From the NCBI GenBank assembly GCA_000998025.1, contig LCJG01000001.1, forward strand, positions 1-48,344: a stretch of 48,344 nt of DNA, in the 5' to 3' direction. Position 1 is the first letter of the stretch; each line of letters begins with the position of its first letter. The stretch is from Candidatus Collierbacteria bacterium GW2011_GWB1_44_6 (lineage in GTDB: Bacteria; Patescibacteriota; Microgenomatia; UBA1400; MFAQ01). This document shows, in pieces, positions 33,061 to 42,070 of this stretch. The position numbers and the translations under genes are program-made. A model generated the notes under the pieces. The model was not told the DNA's origin. It saw only the letters and a list, made by a program, of their open reading frames with translations, and ran no database searches.

Positions 33061-34183
33061 CGAGCGCTACACCAAGCTTGATGGGCTCAGAGGCTTGCTC
33101 TCTGTTATCGTCGCCTTAAATCATTCTTTTCTTGTTATCGCCATACCTTCTTACGCAAATGTTTGGGGTCAAAATTATCTGGAGTTTTACGATCTCCAAA
33201 GTAAGCTCCAGCAAGTATTTATGCTTTTGGGAAATGGGGGAGTCGCCGTCACTTTATTTTTTATTCTTTCCGGTCTAGTGCTGGGTCAATCACTTTCTAG
33301 AATTGAATTCTCCACCAGAGGGCTGACAAGTTTCTATACAAAAAGAATTTTACGACTCTACCCGGTGTATGCCTTCGTTATTCTTTTGATTGCAGTCTAT
33401 ATGAAGCTGGGCTTTGCTTACCAAACTTTTCCTATGGCTTCAGCTTGGTATAACTGGTGGATGAATTTCGACATGACTCTAAAAGAATTTATTTACAATT
33501 TTTTCTTTATTCACACCTATCTCGGCGGGGTTACTTGGACTCTGAGAGTTATCTTGATTGCTTCCTTCATTTTCCCTGCTTTCTATCTGATTTATCGGAA
33601 AACCACACCATTCCTTGATTTACTAATTACTGTAGGTCTATTGGTGGCCGGCTTCACCGTTCTTAATATCCCTGACTTCCGCGACCTCCGCTATCTCTAT
33701 ATGTTTTATGCCGGTCTTTGTTTACCCAAATTCAAATCTTTTCTGGCAGATCTTCCCCCCAGGGCTATAAGTCTTCTGGCTACTCCGGTGACCTTGGCTC
33801 TCCTCGCCTCCCGTTATGTCACGGACGAGTACATCGGAGGAGTCGTCGAAACCGTCATCGGTTGGTTCATCATCGGTATCATTGTGTACAGTAATAAGAC
33901 AAGGCTCTTTGATTTCCTCAACAAGCAGATCTTTCAGTTCCTTGGAAAAATTTCCTACAGTCTTTATTTAATTCATTTTTCCATTTTGTACATACTTGCT
34001 CGGCTCATGTTTGCTTTTCTTCCCAACCTCCCCTACGCTAGTCACTACATCACCTTACATTCTCTACTCTTTGGTCTTTCCCTTCTTATTGCGGTCTACA
34101 TCTCTGTATTTGTTCACCGCTTCGTGGAGCAGCCATCGTCAACTCTCGCCAACACCATTGGTCAGAAAATAGTCAAAAAATGA
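33053..34183 (+). CDS. Acyltransferase-3 family membrane O-acyltransferase
   Basis: LDGLRGLLSVIVALNHS N-terminus, about 10 TM helices, and GKISYSLYLIHF near the C-terminus. Confidence 0.75.
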   Translation: MSNERYTKLDGLRGLLSVIVALNHSFLVIAIPSYANVWGQNYLEFYDLQSKLQQVFMLLGNGGVAVTLFFILSGLVLGQSLSRIEFSTRGLTSFYTKRILRLYPVYAFVILLIAVYMKLGFAYQTFPMASAWYNWWMNFDMTLKEFIYNFFFIHTYLGGVTWTLRVILIASFIFPAFYLIYRKTTPFLDLLITVGLLVAGFTVLNIPDFRDLRYLYMFYAGLCLPKFKSFLADLPPRAISLLATPVTLALLASRYVTDEYIGGVVETVIGWFIIGIIVYSNKTRLFDFLNKQIFQFLGKISYSLYLIHFSILYILARLMFAFLPNLPYASHYITLHSLLFGLSLLIAVYISVFVHRFVEQPSSTLANTIGQKIVKK

Positions 34184-34929
34184 AAGTCACAGCCGTTGTC
34201 ATCACTAACAAGGAGGAATTAAACAAACAGCTTTTGGAGTCATTGTCCTTCTCCGACGAAATCTTAGTCGTCGTCGATGCGCCCGTCATTCCTGCAAAGG
34301 CAGGAAACCATCAAATAACACCAAAGAATAAAAAAATAAAAGATCTTTTCCATGCCTTGCGTGACGACTTCTCTTCTCAACGAAATTATGCCTTGTCCAA
34401 AGCGAAGGGGGGCTGGATCTTTTTTGTGGACGATGATGAATATGTGGGTACTGAACTTCAAAGAGAAATTCTTGATAAGGTGAACAACCCCGGCTATTCT
34501 GGTTACTACATAAGACGACAAGACGTGGTATATCATCAGCCGCTGAAGCATGGTGAAACAGGGAAAATCGCCATTCTCAGGCTAGCCAGGCGCACCGCCG
34601 GACGATTTGTTCGACCGGTTCATGAAGTATGGAAAGTAAAAGGGAAGATAGGCAAGCTTCAATCACCACTTTACCATATCAAAGACCACCTAGTCTCCGA
34701 CTTTATCGAGAAAATGAGTTTTTATAGCCAAATAGATTCTCTTGCTTTGGCAAAAGAGGGGAAACCATTTTCCTATTTCAGGCTTTTACTCTTCCCTATC
34801 GCCAAATTCAATTTAAACTATCTTTTTAAACGGGGCTTTCTGGATGGAACTGCCGGCTTATTCCTCGCCTATTTAATGGCCGTTCAATCATTAACTGTCC
34901 GCGTAGCTCAATGGGAAAACCAAAACTGA
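34180..34929 (+). CDS. Glycosyltransferase family 2 (small LPS-core-type GT-A)
   Basis: Contains VTAVVITNKEE, QRNYALSKAKGGWIFFVDDDEYV (DxD) and C-terminal GFLDGTAGLFLAYL. ATGA overlap with the acyltransferase. Confidence 0.7.
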   Translation: MKVTAVVITNKEELNKQLLESLSFSDEILVVVDAPVIPAKAGNHQITPKNKKIKDLFHALRDDFSSQRNYALSKAKGGWIFFVDDDEYVGTELQREILDKVNNPGYSGYYIRRQDVVYHQPLKHGETGKIAILRLARRTAGRFVRPVHEVWKVKGKIGKLQSPLYHIKDHLVSDFIEKMSFYSQIDSLALAKEGKPFSYFRLLLFPIAKFNLNYLFKRGFLDGTAGLFLAYLMAVQSLTVRVAQWENQN

Positions 34930-36269
34930 GAACTGTTTTGGGGAAACAGTTATTGTCACCTATACTTCTGGTATTGCCCATAGTTTTGCTGATGTTTTTA
35001 AATTTTCTACTCGTCTTCACCCCCGAAATGGGCTTTGACGCTCTCTGGTACCATCTGACGCTACCCAAGCTCTGGCTATTTAAACATCAGTGGTACTTCC
35101 CCGGGGGATTACTTTACTACTCTGTCATGCCCCGACTGGTGGAAACTCTTTATATTCCCTTGATACACTTCACCGGCACCATTGGCCCCAAACTGGTTCA
35201 GTACCTGGCTGGCATCGGCACAGGCTACGTCATCTGGAAAATCTTGACCCACTTCAAGCAATCTACTTTAATGAGACTATCCGGCGTCTCGCTTTTTTAC
35301 TGCACTTGGCTAGTCAGTTGGCAGTCGGGTAGTGCTTACATCGATCTTGTCCGGACTTTTTTGGAAAGTCTCGCGCTCTGTTTTCTTATCAGAGGATCTT
35401 GGAAAATCGGTGGCTTGTTCTTAGGGTTGGCTATAGGGACAAAATTGCTCGCTCTTGGGTCCTTGGCGGCTTACTCTCTTATCTTTGGTGCCCACATAAT
35501 ATTTCCGGCCATGCTGGTTGCACTTCCATGGTTTTTTATTGCCCTTCACTTTACCGGCAACCCGGTTTACCCCATTTTTAGTGGAGTCCTAAATAATTCA
35601 TTTTCAGATATCGGAAACATCTTGAAACACATAGTGTTTTCACCCATCTACCTCACAAGGCCGTTTGACGATTTCATTTCGCCTCTAGTCGGTGTGTTAT
35701 TCCTCATTTCCCTCTTCGCACTCACCAAGTTCACCAAGCCGTTCCGACAAATTGCTCTCGTTGGTGTAGTAGGTTCACTCATAGCTCTCACCCTTGACCC
35801 TCCTTCAAGCCGCTTTGTCCTTCCCTATTTACCCACCCTTGTTGTTTCATCTATCCTCTTCGTCAGCCAACTAAAAAGCAAGTTGCCCAAAAAGCTGCTT
35901 GTCTTGTCCGTTATTCTCTCAGGGTTCTTTATCCTCGCCCTTCGTCTGTATGCTATGAAAAAATATCTTCCATTATTCATGAGACAGCTGGACAGCCGGA
36001 GTTTCTTAGTCTCCCAAGCAAGTCGACTCCCTGGAACATTCTTAGATGCAGACGGTTACGTCGGGGGTCTTCCGGAAGGCAGTAAAATATTGGTAGACAA
36101 GCTACACAACTTATACTATTTTCCCCGTGACTTTGACCATACTTCATGGGTGACGGAAAAATCAGGCTACGACTATTTAGTTACAATAGGGGAGAGTCCG
36201 GAAAAAGTATCCGGCTCATTAATCCATACCAATAGTCTAGGAATTCAAATTTTCAAACTTAATCCATGA
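34911..36269 (+). CDS. Polytopic membrane protein, GT-C-fold (ArnT/PMT, GT39/83-like) glycosyltransferase candidate
   Basis: About 11 TM helices. The first loop carries an acidic motif (TPEMGFDALWYH) and the C-terminus is a soluble domain. Family assignment rests on topology and context only. Confidence 0.5.
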   Translation: MGKPKLRTVLGKQLLSPILLVLPIVLLMFLNFLLVFTPEMGFDALWYHLTLPKLWLFKHQWYFPGGLLYYSVMPRLVETLYIPLIHFTGTIGPKLVQYLAGIGTGYVIWKILTHFKQSTLMRLSGVSLFYCTWLVSWQSGSAYIDLVRTFLESLALCFLIRGSWKIGGLFLGLAIGTKLLALGSLAAYSLIFGAHIIFPAMLVALPWFFIALHFTGNPVYPIFSGVLNNSFSDIGNILKHIVFSPIYLTRPFDDFISPLVGVLFLISLFALTKFTKPFRQIALVGVVGSLIALTLDPPSSRFVLPYLPTLVVSSILFVSQLKSKLPKKLLVLSVILSGFFILALRLYAMKKYLPLFMRQLDSRSFLVSQASRLPGTFLDADGYVGGLPEGSKILVDKLHNLYYFPRDFDHTSWVTEKSGYDYLVTIGESPEKVSGSLIHTNSLGIQIFKLNP

Positions 36270-37351
36270 CATATTCACTATTAATTCTGGCACTCTTTAT
36301 CTGGCCTTTTGGGCAGCTTCTAAACTGGCAGTTACCTGAAGCCTCTTTGACGCTCTACCCCCTTGATCTGGTCTGTGCTCTACTTGCTTTTTCTATGCTA
36401 ATCTCTCCCAAGAACAGACTGATAATAATCGGGGATCCCTTGTTCAAACCCTTGATGTATTTTCTCGCCGCGGCTCTGTTATCTCTACTTTTTAACCTAA
36501 ATTTAGTCATAGAAGGCGGGCTTTATTTTTCACTGTTTTATTTCGCCAGGCTATGCATCTACCCCGCTGTCTATTTTGCCATCAAGCAGTCGAAAATAAA
36601 AAGATTACTGCCCTACATTCTTATCTCCTTTGCCACTTTCTGCGCTTTCGGCGCGCTTCAATATTTTTTCCTGCCCGACATGCGCTACCTCAAACTGTTG
36701 GGTTTCGATGACCATTACTTCCGCCTCATCGGATCATTCTTCGACCCGAACTTTACCGGCGCTGTCTTCGCGGGGAGCGCTCTAATGCTCATTGGTTTGG
36801 GGCACTGGCTCTTCTCTCTACTCCCCCTAATACTCTTGGCACTTACTTTTTCCAGAGCTTCATACTTGGTTTTCTTTGCCGGTCTCCTTTATCTTCTATA
36901 TCTAAAGAAACAAAAGACTTTACTATTTTTTGTTTTGATACTCGTAGTCGCGGTCTATCTAATTCCTAAACCATTTGGTGAAGGTGTCAATCTTGCTCGG
37001 ACTTTCTCCATTTATTCAAGGTTCGAAAGCTGGAGGTCGGGAATTGACTTGTTTTTGCAAAAGCCGTTTTTCGGCTGGGGTTATAACACTCTCAGGGGTC
37101 TTGCTGGACAAAGGTTCCAGATTGATAATAGTTTTCTCTATCTTGCTGCCACTACTGGCATAGTGGGACTTGCCACCTTCGTGAATTTGTTAAAGGCAAT
37201 TTTTATCATCGCCAAATCCGTACCACAAAGAATTTTTCTCATATCTATTCTGGCTCACAGCTTGTTCAACAATAGCCTGTTGTATATCTGGATCTACTTT
37301 ATTTTTTGGGTGATATTGGGACTTCCCTCTAGGGAGTATAAAGAATCTTAA
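36266..37351 (+). CDS. O-antigen ligase/polymerase-like (Wzy_C) membrane protein
   Basis: Polytopic protein with a TFSRASYLVFFAGLLYLLYL segment and a FFGWGYNTL loop typical of the O-antigen ligase family. ATGA overlap with the previous gene. Confidence 0.65.
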   Translation: MTYSLLILALFIWPFGQLLNWQLPEASLTLYPLDLVCALLAFSMLISPKNRLIIIGDPLFKPLMYFLAAALLSLLFNLNLVIEGGLYFSLFYFARLCIYPAVYFAIKQSKIKRLLPYILISFATFCAFGALQYFFLPDMRYLKLLGFDDHYFRLIGSFFDPNFTGAVFAGSALMLIGLGHWLFSLLPLILLALTFSRASYLVFFAGLLYLLYLKKQKTLLFFVLILVVAVYLIPKPFGEGVNLARTFSIYSRFESWRSGIDLFLQKPFFGWGYNTLRGLAGQRFQIDNSFLYLAATTGIVGLATFVNLLKAIFIIAKSVPQRIFLISILAHSLFNNSLLYIWIYFIFWVILGLPSREYKES

Positions 37352-38018
37352 TTGTTTTTTCGGCTGTATTACCCGCCCTGTCCGAAGCCAATATTTTAAT
37401 TTCGTTGTTACCACCGGAAAGCTGGTATCGGTGAACAAATTTGCCGTCTTTCTCCACCACCACAAACGAATTATTCACAATCACCTGGGAATCTGGTTTG
37501 CTCACTTCTCCGGAAATATCAACTACTTGGCTGTTCTTTCCAAAATATTCACTTCCGTCTTTTGGGGAAATAATGGTCAGCTCAATTGGCTTGTCGTCAA
37601 AGGTGACGAGCTTCACCTCGGAGGTACTAGCATTCCCCGCCTCATCCGTAGCTCGAACATAAACCCTGTTTGACCCAGACGATAAGGATCCTGCTATAGA
37701 GAAAGAGCCATCCTCGGTTGCCTTGGCCGTTAGAGAAATGGAGTCGTTAATAAGCAAATCGAGTGAGGCACCAGCTTCTGTATAGCCCTCCACTGTAAGA
37801 TATGAACTATTGGTTGCTTCAGGGAGGGCGGATAGTACTGGAGTTTGAGGGGGGATGATGTCTTTGTCCTGGCTTTGTCTCACCGCACCTTTTCCCGCAA
37901 TAAAATTAACAAAGAAGGGGACTCCCCACTTAATCATTACCACGACAAAAACAATCGACAATAAAATATAAAATCTTGATCGGTTTTTTTCTTTACTGGT
38001 TCTATATCTTCCTGCCAT
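37329..38018 (-). CDS. Membrane-anchored protein with two Ig-like (Big-type) repeats
   Basis: N-terminal TM helix (FYILLSIVFVVVMI). Two beta-rich repeats of about 85 aa each end in a D-x-AGN motif (ATDEAGNAS, ASDRAGNTA). Confidence 0.6.
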   Translation of the reverse strand: MAGRYRTSKEKNRSRFYILLSIVFVVVMIKWGVPFFVNFIAGKGAVRQSQDKDIIPPQTPVLSALPEATNSSYLTVEGYTEAGASLDLLINDSISLTAKATEDGSFSIAGSLSSGSNRVYVRATDEAGNASTSEVKLVTFDDKPIELTIISPKDGSEYFGKNSQVVDISGEVSKPDSQVIVNNSFVVVEKDGKFVHRYQLSGGNNEIKILASDRAGNTAEKTIKILYTP

Positions 38019-38088
38019 GCTCCTATTCTAGTACATCTTGTCCAATCTTTTCTGCCATAATTCACTCCTTTTAAGCTGCGATGGCTGT

Positions 38089-38106
38089 ATTTTAGCATGC
38101 TAAAAT
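38089..38106. promoter_or_regulatory. 18-bp perfect palindrome containing back-to-back extended -10 elements
   Basis: ATTTTAGCATGCTAAAAT reads TGCTAAAAT on both strands. The plus copy ends 8 nt before tRNA-Gly. The minus copy faces gene 37329..38018. Confidence 0.45.
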
Positions 38107-38114
38107 CTATCCAT

Positions 38115-38185
38115 GCGGGATTAGTTCACCGGTAGAATGCATCCTTCCCAAGGATGAGAAGGGGGTCCGATTCCCCTATCCCGCT
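38115..38185 (+). tRNA. tRNA-Gly (anticodon CCC)
   Basis: Hand-folded. Acceptor GCGGGAT/ATCCCGC, D arm GTTC-ACCGGTA-GAAT, anticodon arm CATCC-TTCCCAA-GGATG, variable AGAA, T arm GGGGG-TCCGATT-CCCCT, discriminator T. Closely resembles bacterial tRNA-Gly(CCC). No encoded CCA. Confidence 0.8.
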
Positions 38186-38217
38186 CCGGTGTATAATGAC
38201 TGTAAGATAGACCACTT

Positions 38218-38814
38218 ATGATCAAACTTGTGACTCTGCTAGCGGTAATAGCAGTTGTCTTTGTGCTAATCATTATAAAAAGGGATCCTGATACACTCAT
38301 TTCCGCTACTGTGGATACGCCATCACCACAACGAATACTTCAAGAACCAATCACTCTTGGCGTGGCCACCAGCTCCTCTCTGGCCGCTTCATCCAAGATA
38401 TTCACGGACGATAAATTAGGTTTCAGGATCAAATACCAAGATGGGATAGTGGTCAAAAGAAACCTAGATGGATCGGTCACCTTTTCCAAAGATGATCTAA
38501 ACATATCCATCTCCCAAGAAAGTCTCTTGTCAAAGGATACGGTCAACACCATTGCCGAGCGGGATATCAACTGGAAGATGGAAAAACTTGGTGATCAATT
38601 TGTTCTTGCGGAAAGCATCTCCCCAGTGGCCATAGGCCTAGACACTGGTGTCACCTACAGCTCAGAAGAAAAAGGAGAACAAGTCACATATTATTACATT
38701 CCTCAAGGCTTTCACTACTTGTTGGTGATCAACAAAACGCCACAGAAAGAGGGGTCAAATCTATTTTCACTATCAGATGACATCATATATTCTTTAGAAA
38801 TAATTGAAAACTAG
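38218..38814 (+). CDS. Hypothetical membrane-anchored protein
   Basis: N-terminal TM helix (LVTLLAVIAVVFVLIII) followed by a soluble domain. TATAAT at 38192..38197 lies upstream. No family recognised. Confidence 0.55.
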   Translation: MIKLVTLLAVIAVVFVLIIIKRDPDTLISATVDTPSPQRILQEPITLGVATSSSLAASSKIFTDDKLGFRIKYQDGIVVKRNLDGSVTFSKDDLNISISQESLLSKDTVNTIAERDINWKMEKLGDQFVLAESISPVAIGLDTGVTYSSEEKGEQVTYYYIPQGFHYLLVINKTPQKEGSNLFSLSDDIIYSLEIIEN

Positions 38815-38835
38815 TTCTGGTTTACAATAGACAGC

Positions 38836-39540
38836 GTGCAGAAGTTTCAATATACAGTTTCCCGTACTAGAAAACTAACTACTGGTCTTAGCTTGAGTAT
38901 TCATCCCGAAAAAGGGGTAAGGGTTAGGGCTCCCTTTTGGGTTCCTGATCTGGTTATTAGGAAATTTGTTGAAGAAAAAAGGGCCTGGATTGAAAAACAT
39001 TTATCCAAGATTAAGCCCACACCAACCACGGCTACAACATATTTAGAAGGAGAAAAACATCTTTACTTTGGTCAGGAATATTCACTAAACATCATTTCGA
39101 GTGACGCTCTACGACGGACAGAGGCCCAAATAGCCGGAGAAAACATTTCCGTTTCTGTTTACAGTGGACACGCCGAAGAAAAGCGGCACGATGAAATAAA
39201 AGAAGCCATACTCCGGTTTTATTTGGAAGTAGGTATCGGGGTAATAACCGAAAAGGTAAATCTCTACTCGTCCCAATTGGGAGTCGAGTATAGCCAGATT
39301 GATATCAAGAAAGTATCTTCTATTTGGGGCAGTTGCTCACCCACCAATAGACTTTGTTTTAACCGCAAATTGGTCATGGCCCCTCACGAGGTAGTCGATT
39401 ATGTAGTTATTCATGAAGTCTGCCACATGGTCCACAGAAATCACAGTAGTCGTTTTTGGGGTCTCGTAGCCAAGTTTGATCCAAAGTACAAAGAACACCG
39501 CCGGTGGTTGCACCGGAATCATTTATTATTGACACTTTAA
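38836..39540 (+). CDS. YgjP-like M48/DUF45 zinc metallopeptidase-fold protein
   Basis: GTG start. The C-terminal motif VIHEVCHMVHRNHSSRFW (HExxH...H) and the overall length match the DUF45/YgjP family. Confidence 0.75.
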   Translation: MQKFQYTVSRTRKLTTGLSLSIHPEKGVRVRAPFWVPDLVIRKFVEEKRAWIEKHLSKIKPTPTTATTYLEGEKHLYFGQEYSLNIISSDALRRTEAQIAGENISVSVYSGHAEEKRHDEIKEAILRFYLEVGIGVITEKVNLYSSQLGVEYSQIDIKKVSSIWGSCSPTNRLCFNRKLVMAPHEVVDYVVIHEVCHMVHRNHSSRFWGLVAKFDPKYKEHRRWLHRNHLLLTL

Positions 39541-39541
39541 G

Positions 39542-40849
39542 ATGCACCCAACCTTTGACGATAAATCACAAAAAGTTCTTGATCTAATGGAGAATCTATC
39601 AGAGCATATATTCCTTACTGGCAATGCGGGAACAGGCAAGTCTACCTTGCTGGACCACTTTAGAAATAAGACAACAAAAAATGTTGCTGTGGTTGCTCCT
39701 ACAGGTGTGGCCGCTGTCAATGTCCGCGGGGAAACCATACATTCATTTTTTGGATTTCCCCCTAGTATTACTATCGAGAAAGCAGAGCAGGAAGGAAAGT
39801 ATACAAAGAAAGCCAAAATCTACCGCGCCTTGGAAACACTGGTTATTGACGAAATCTCCATGGTGAGAGCCGACCTTTTGGACAGTATTGATGTATTTTT
39901 GCAGGTGGTCAGAAAAAAGAAACTACCCTTTGGTGGAGTGCGTGTCATTATGGTCGGTGATCTTCACCAACTACCCCCAGTGGTTACCAGTCAGGAAAGA
40001 GATGTCATATACAACCTTTATGAAACTCCATACTTCTTCTCGTCCCAAGTGTTCAGCAGCCTTTTTGGCGGATTGTATTCTCAGCTCCGGTTTATCGAAC
40101 TGGAGACCATCTATCGTCAGGCCGAGAAAGGTTTTATCGACCTTCTAAACCGGATAAGAAACAAACAAACCACCGATGAAGACCTGGAAAAATTAAATCG
40201 GCAGGTAATTGGAGAAGGGGATTGTCTTGAAAACTATATTATCCTTACCGCCATCAATCAGCAGGCAGATCAAATTAATGAGGCTAGGTTGAGTGAGATC
40301 GAAGGTCCAAACCATACCTTTCGGGCAGTCCGAAGTGGCCACTTTTCACCACAATATGCTCCGGCCGCTGACGAAGTATCTCTGAAAACAGGAGCTCGGG
40401 TGATGCTGCTGAACAACGATCCGCAAAACCGCTGGATAAACGGTACTATCGGGACCTTGTGGAGGGTCGATTCCGGTTGTGCTTACGTCAAGATCGATGG
40501 TGGTGAAGTAGAAAAAATAGAACCGGTTACCTGGAAATCATTCAAGACTATCTACAATCCGGATAAAAAGTCACTTGAAACGGAGGAGGTTGGAAGTTTT
40601 AAGCAAATGCCTTTGAGGCTTGCCTGGGCCATCACCATTCACAAAAGCCAAGGAAAAACTTTTGAAAGGGTGGCGATTGACTTTGGCCGGGGCGCTTTTG
40701 CGCACGGACAAACTTACGTCGCCTTCAGTCGTTGTACCAGCATGTCTGGTCTAAAACTCATCCGGCCAATAACTCATCAAAGCATCATCACTGATCCGCG
40801 CGTCTCCGACTTTCTGAAAGGTCTTAGGCAAGTGGCTGTTGAACTCTAA
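39542..40849 (+). CDS. Pif1/RecD-like SF1B DNA helicase
   Basis: Walker A LTGNAGTGKSTLL, Walker B LVIDEISMV, and GDLHQLPPV, AITIHKSQGKTF and YVAFSRC motifs. Starts one nt after the DUF45 stop. Confidence 0.8.
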   Translation: MHPTFDDKSQKVLDLMENLSEHIFLTGNAGTGKSTLLDHFRNKTTKNVAVVAPTGVAAVNVRGETIHSFFGFPPSITIEKAEQEGKYTKKAKIYRALETLVIDEISMVRADLLDSIDVFLQVVRKKKLPFGGVRVIMVGDLHQLPPVVTSQERDVIYNLYETPYFFSSQVFSSLFGGLYSQLRFIELETIYRQAEKGFIDLLNRIRNKQTTDEDLEKLNRQVIGEGDCLENYIILTAINQQADQINEARLSEIEGPNHTFRAVRSGHFSPQYAPAADEVSLKTGARVMLLNNDPQNRWINGTIGTLWRVDSGCAYVKIDGGEVEKIEPVTWKSFKTIYNPDKKSLETEEVGSFKQMPLRLAWAITIHKSQGKTFERVAIDFGRGAFAHGQTYVAFSRCTSMSGLKLIRPITHQSIITDPRVSDFLKGLRQVAVEL

Positions 40850-42011
40850 TCCTTTTTGTCAGGACTAGGAAAAGGAGGGCAGAGATAACTGCCATAATTC
40901 CTCCAAAGTAAAAAGGAAGTCGAGCGTTGCCCAGTGTCCACAATAACCCGGCGATGGTTGAGGCAAAAAAAGTTGCGATACCCATTAACGTTTGATAAAT
41001 ACCAAAAGCGGATGCGGATATCTCGTGAGGGATCAGCTTCGATATATAAGTTTTTCCTACGCCATCAGTAAAGGCCAAAAAGATGCCGTAAATTGGAAAG
41101 AGAACCCAAATCCACCAAGGGTTATTAATGGCTCCAAAACTTAGGTAAACAAAAGCAAAAACCAGAAATCCCAGAAACAGCACCTTCCTGGCTCCGATCT
41201 TATCCGCCACAATACCAGCCGGCATTGAAAATACAGCGTAGGTCGAATTCAGTAGTACATAAGTCAGGATAGTGAGCTGTATGGATAGTCCCAAATTCTG
41301 AGCTCTCAGAATCATAAACGCGCCAGAGCTATTCCCCAAGGTAAAAATAAAACTGATCAACAAAAAAATCTTGTAAGAGTCGTTTGCCTTGCTCCATTCA
41401 AAATGAAGACCTTTTAATCCAAGTGGACTTTTTATCTGTTCTTTAATTAATAAAATTAACAGCACTACCCCGATAAGTGCCGGGAAAAACGCTATAAAAA
41501 AGAGCTGACGATAGTTATCGTGCAAGATTTTTAGTAGCCAAATGGAGAGTAGTGGCCCGACTACAGCCCCCAGAGAGTCTAGTGTACGGTGAAAGCCAAA
41601 GTTCCTACCACGGTCGAGCTTATCAGTACTCTCTGTGATCAGGGCGTCCCTTGAAGATGTTCTAATGCCTTTTCCCGTTCGATTGATCACTCTTGCGACC
41701 ATCACCAAGGGCCACGAGCTAGCCAGACACATCATCAGGTGGGAGAGAGTCGCGAAGCTATATCCCCAAACCACGTAGGGTTTTCTCTTTTGAGACTGAT
41801 CGGAAAAAATGCCGAAAAATGATTGCAGAATTTTTGACAAAGCATCGGCCAACCCCTCAATTAGTCCAACCACATATGTAGGCGCCCCCAAGACGGTGAC
41901 CAGAAATATCGGCACCACCGGATAGACCATTTCTGACGCCACATCGTTTAAAAAACTAACCACTCCCAGAACCACAACGTTAGCGGATATGTTCTTTTTC
42001 TCCTCGACCAT
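40824..42011 (-). CDS. MFS transporter
   Basis: 395 aa with about 12 TM helices. An MFS loop 2-3-like motif is DQSQKRKP, and a RTGKGIR motif is present. Confidence 0.8.
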   Translation of the reverse strand: MVEEKKNISANVVVLGVVSFLNDVASEMVYPVVPIFLVTVLGAPTYVVGLIEGLADALSKILQSFFGIFSDQSQKRKPYVVWGYSFATLSHLMMCLASSWPLVMVARVINRTGKGIRTSSRDALITESTDKLDRGRNFGFHRTLDSLGAVVGPLLSIWLLKILHDNYRQLFFIAFFPALIGVVLLILLIKEQIKSPLGLKGLHFEWSKANDSYKIFLLISFIFTLGNSSGAFMILRAQNLGLSIQLTILTYVLLNSTYAVFSMPAGIVADKIGARKVLFLGFLVFAFVYLSFGAINNPWWIWVLFPIYGIFLAFTDGVGKTYISKLIPHEISASAFGIYQTLMGIATFFASTIAGLLWTLGNARLPFYFGGIMAVISALLFLVLTKRIRVQQPLA

Positions 42012-42070
42012 GTAGTCAGTTTATCATCAGTTCTTTTAGTCGTCCTCATGGTTTATCATGGTACTAGCTT

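Noticed and set aside
23700-38114. Direct repeats of the tRNA-Val or tRNA-Gly 3' halves that would mark att sites of an integrated element.
   Set aside because: By eye I found no second copy of either tRNA 3' segment at the opposite boundary, and no integrase gene. I therefore describe the block as a variable locus, not a mobile element.
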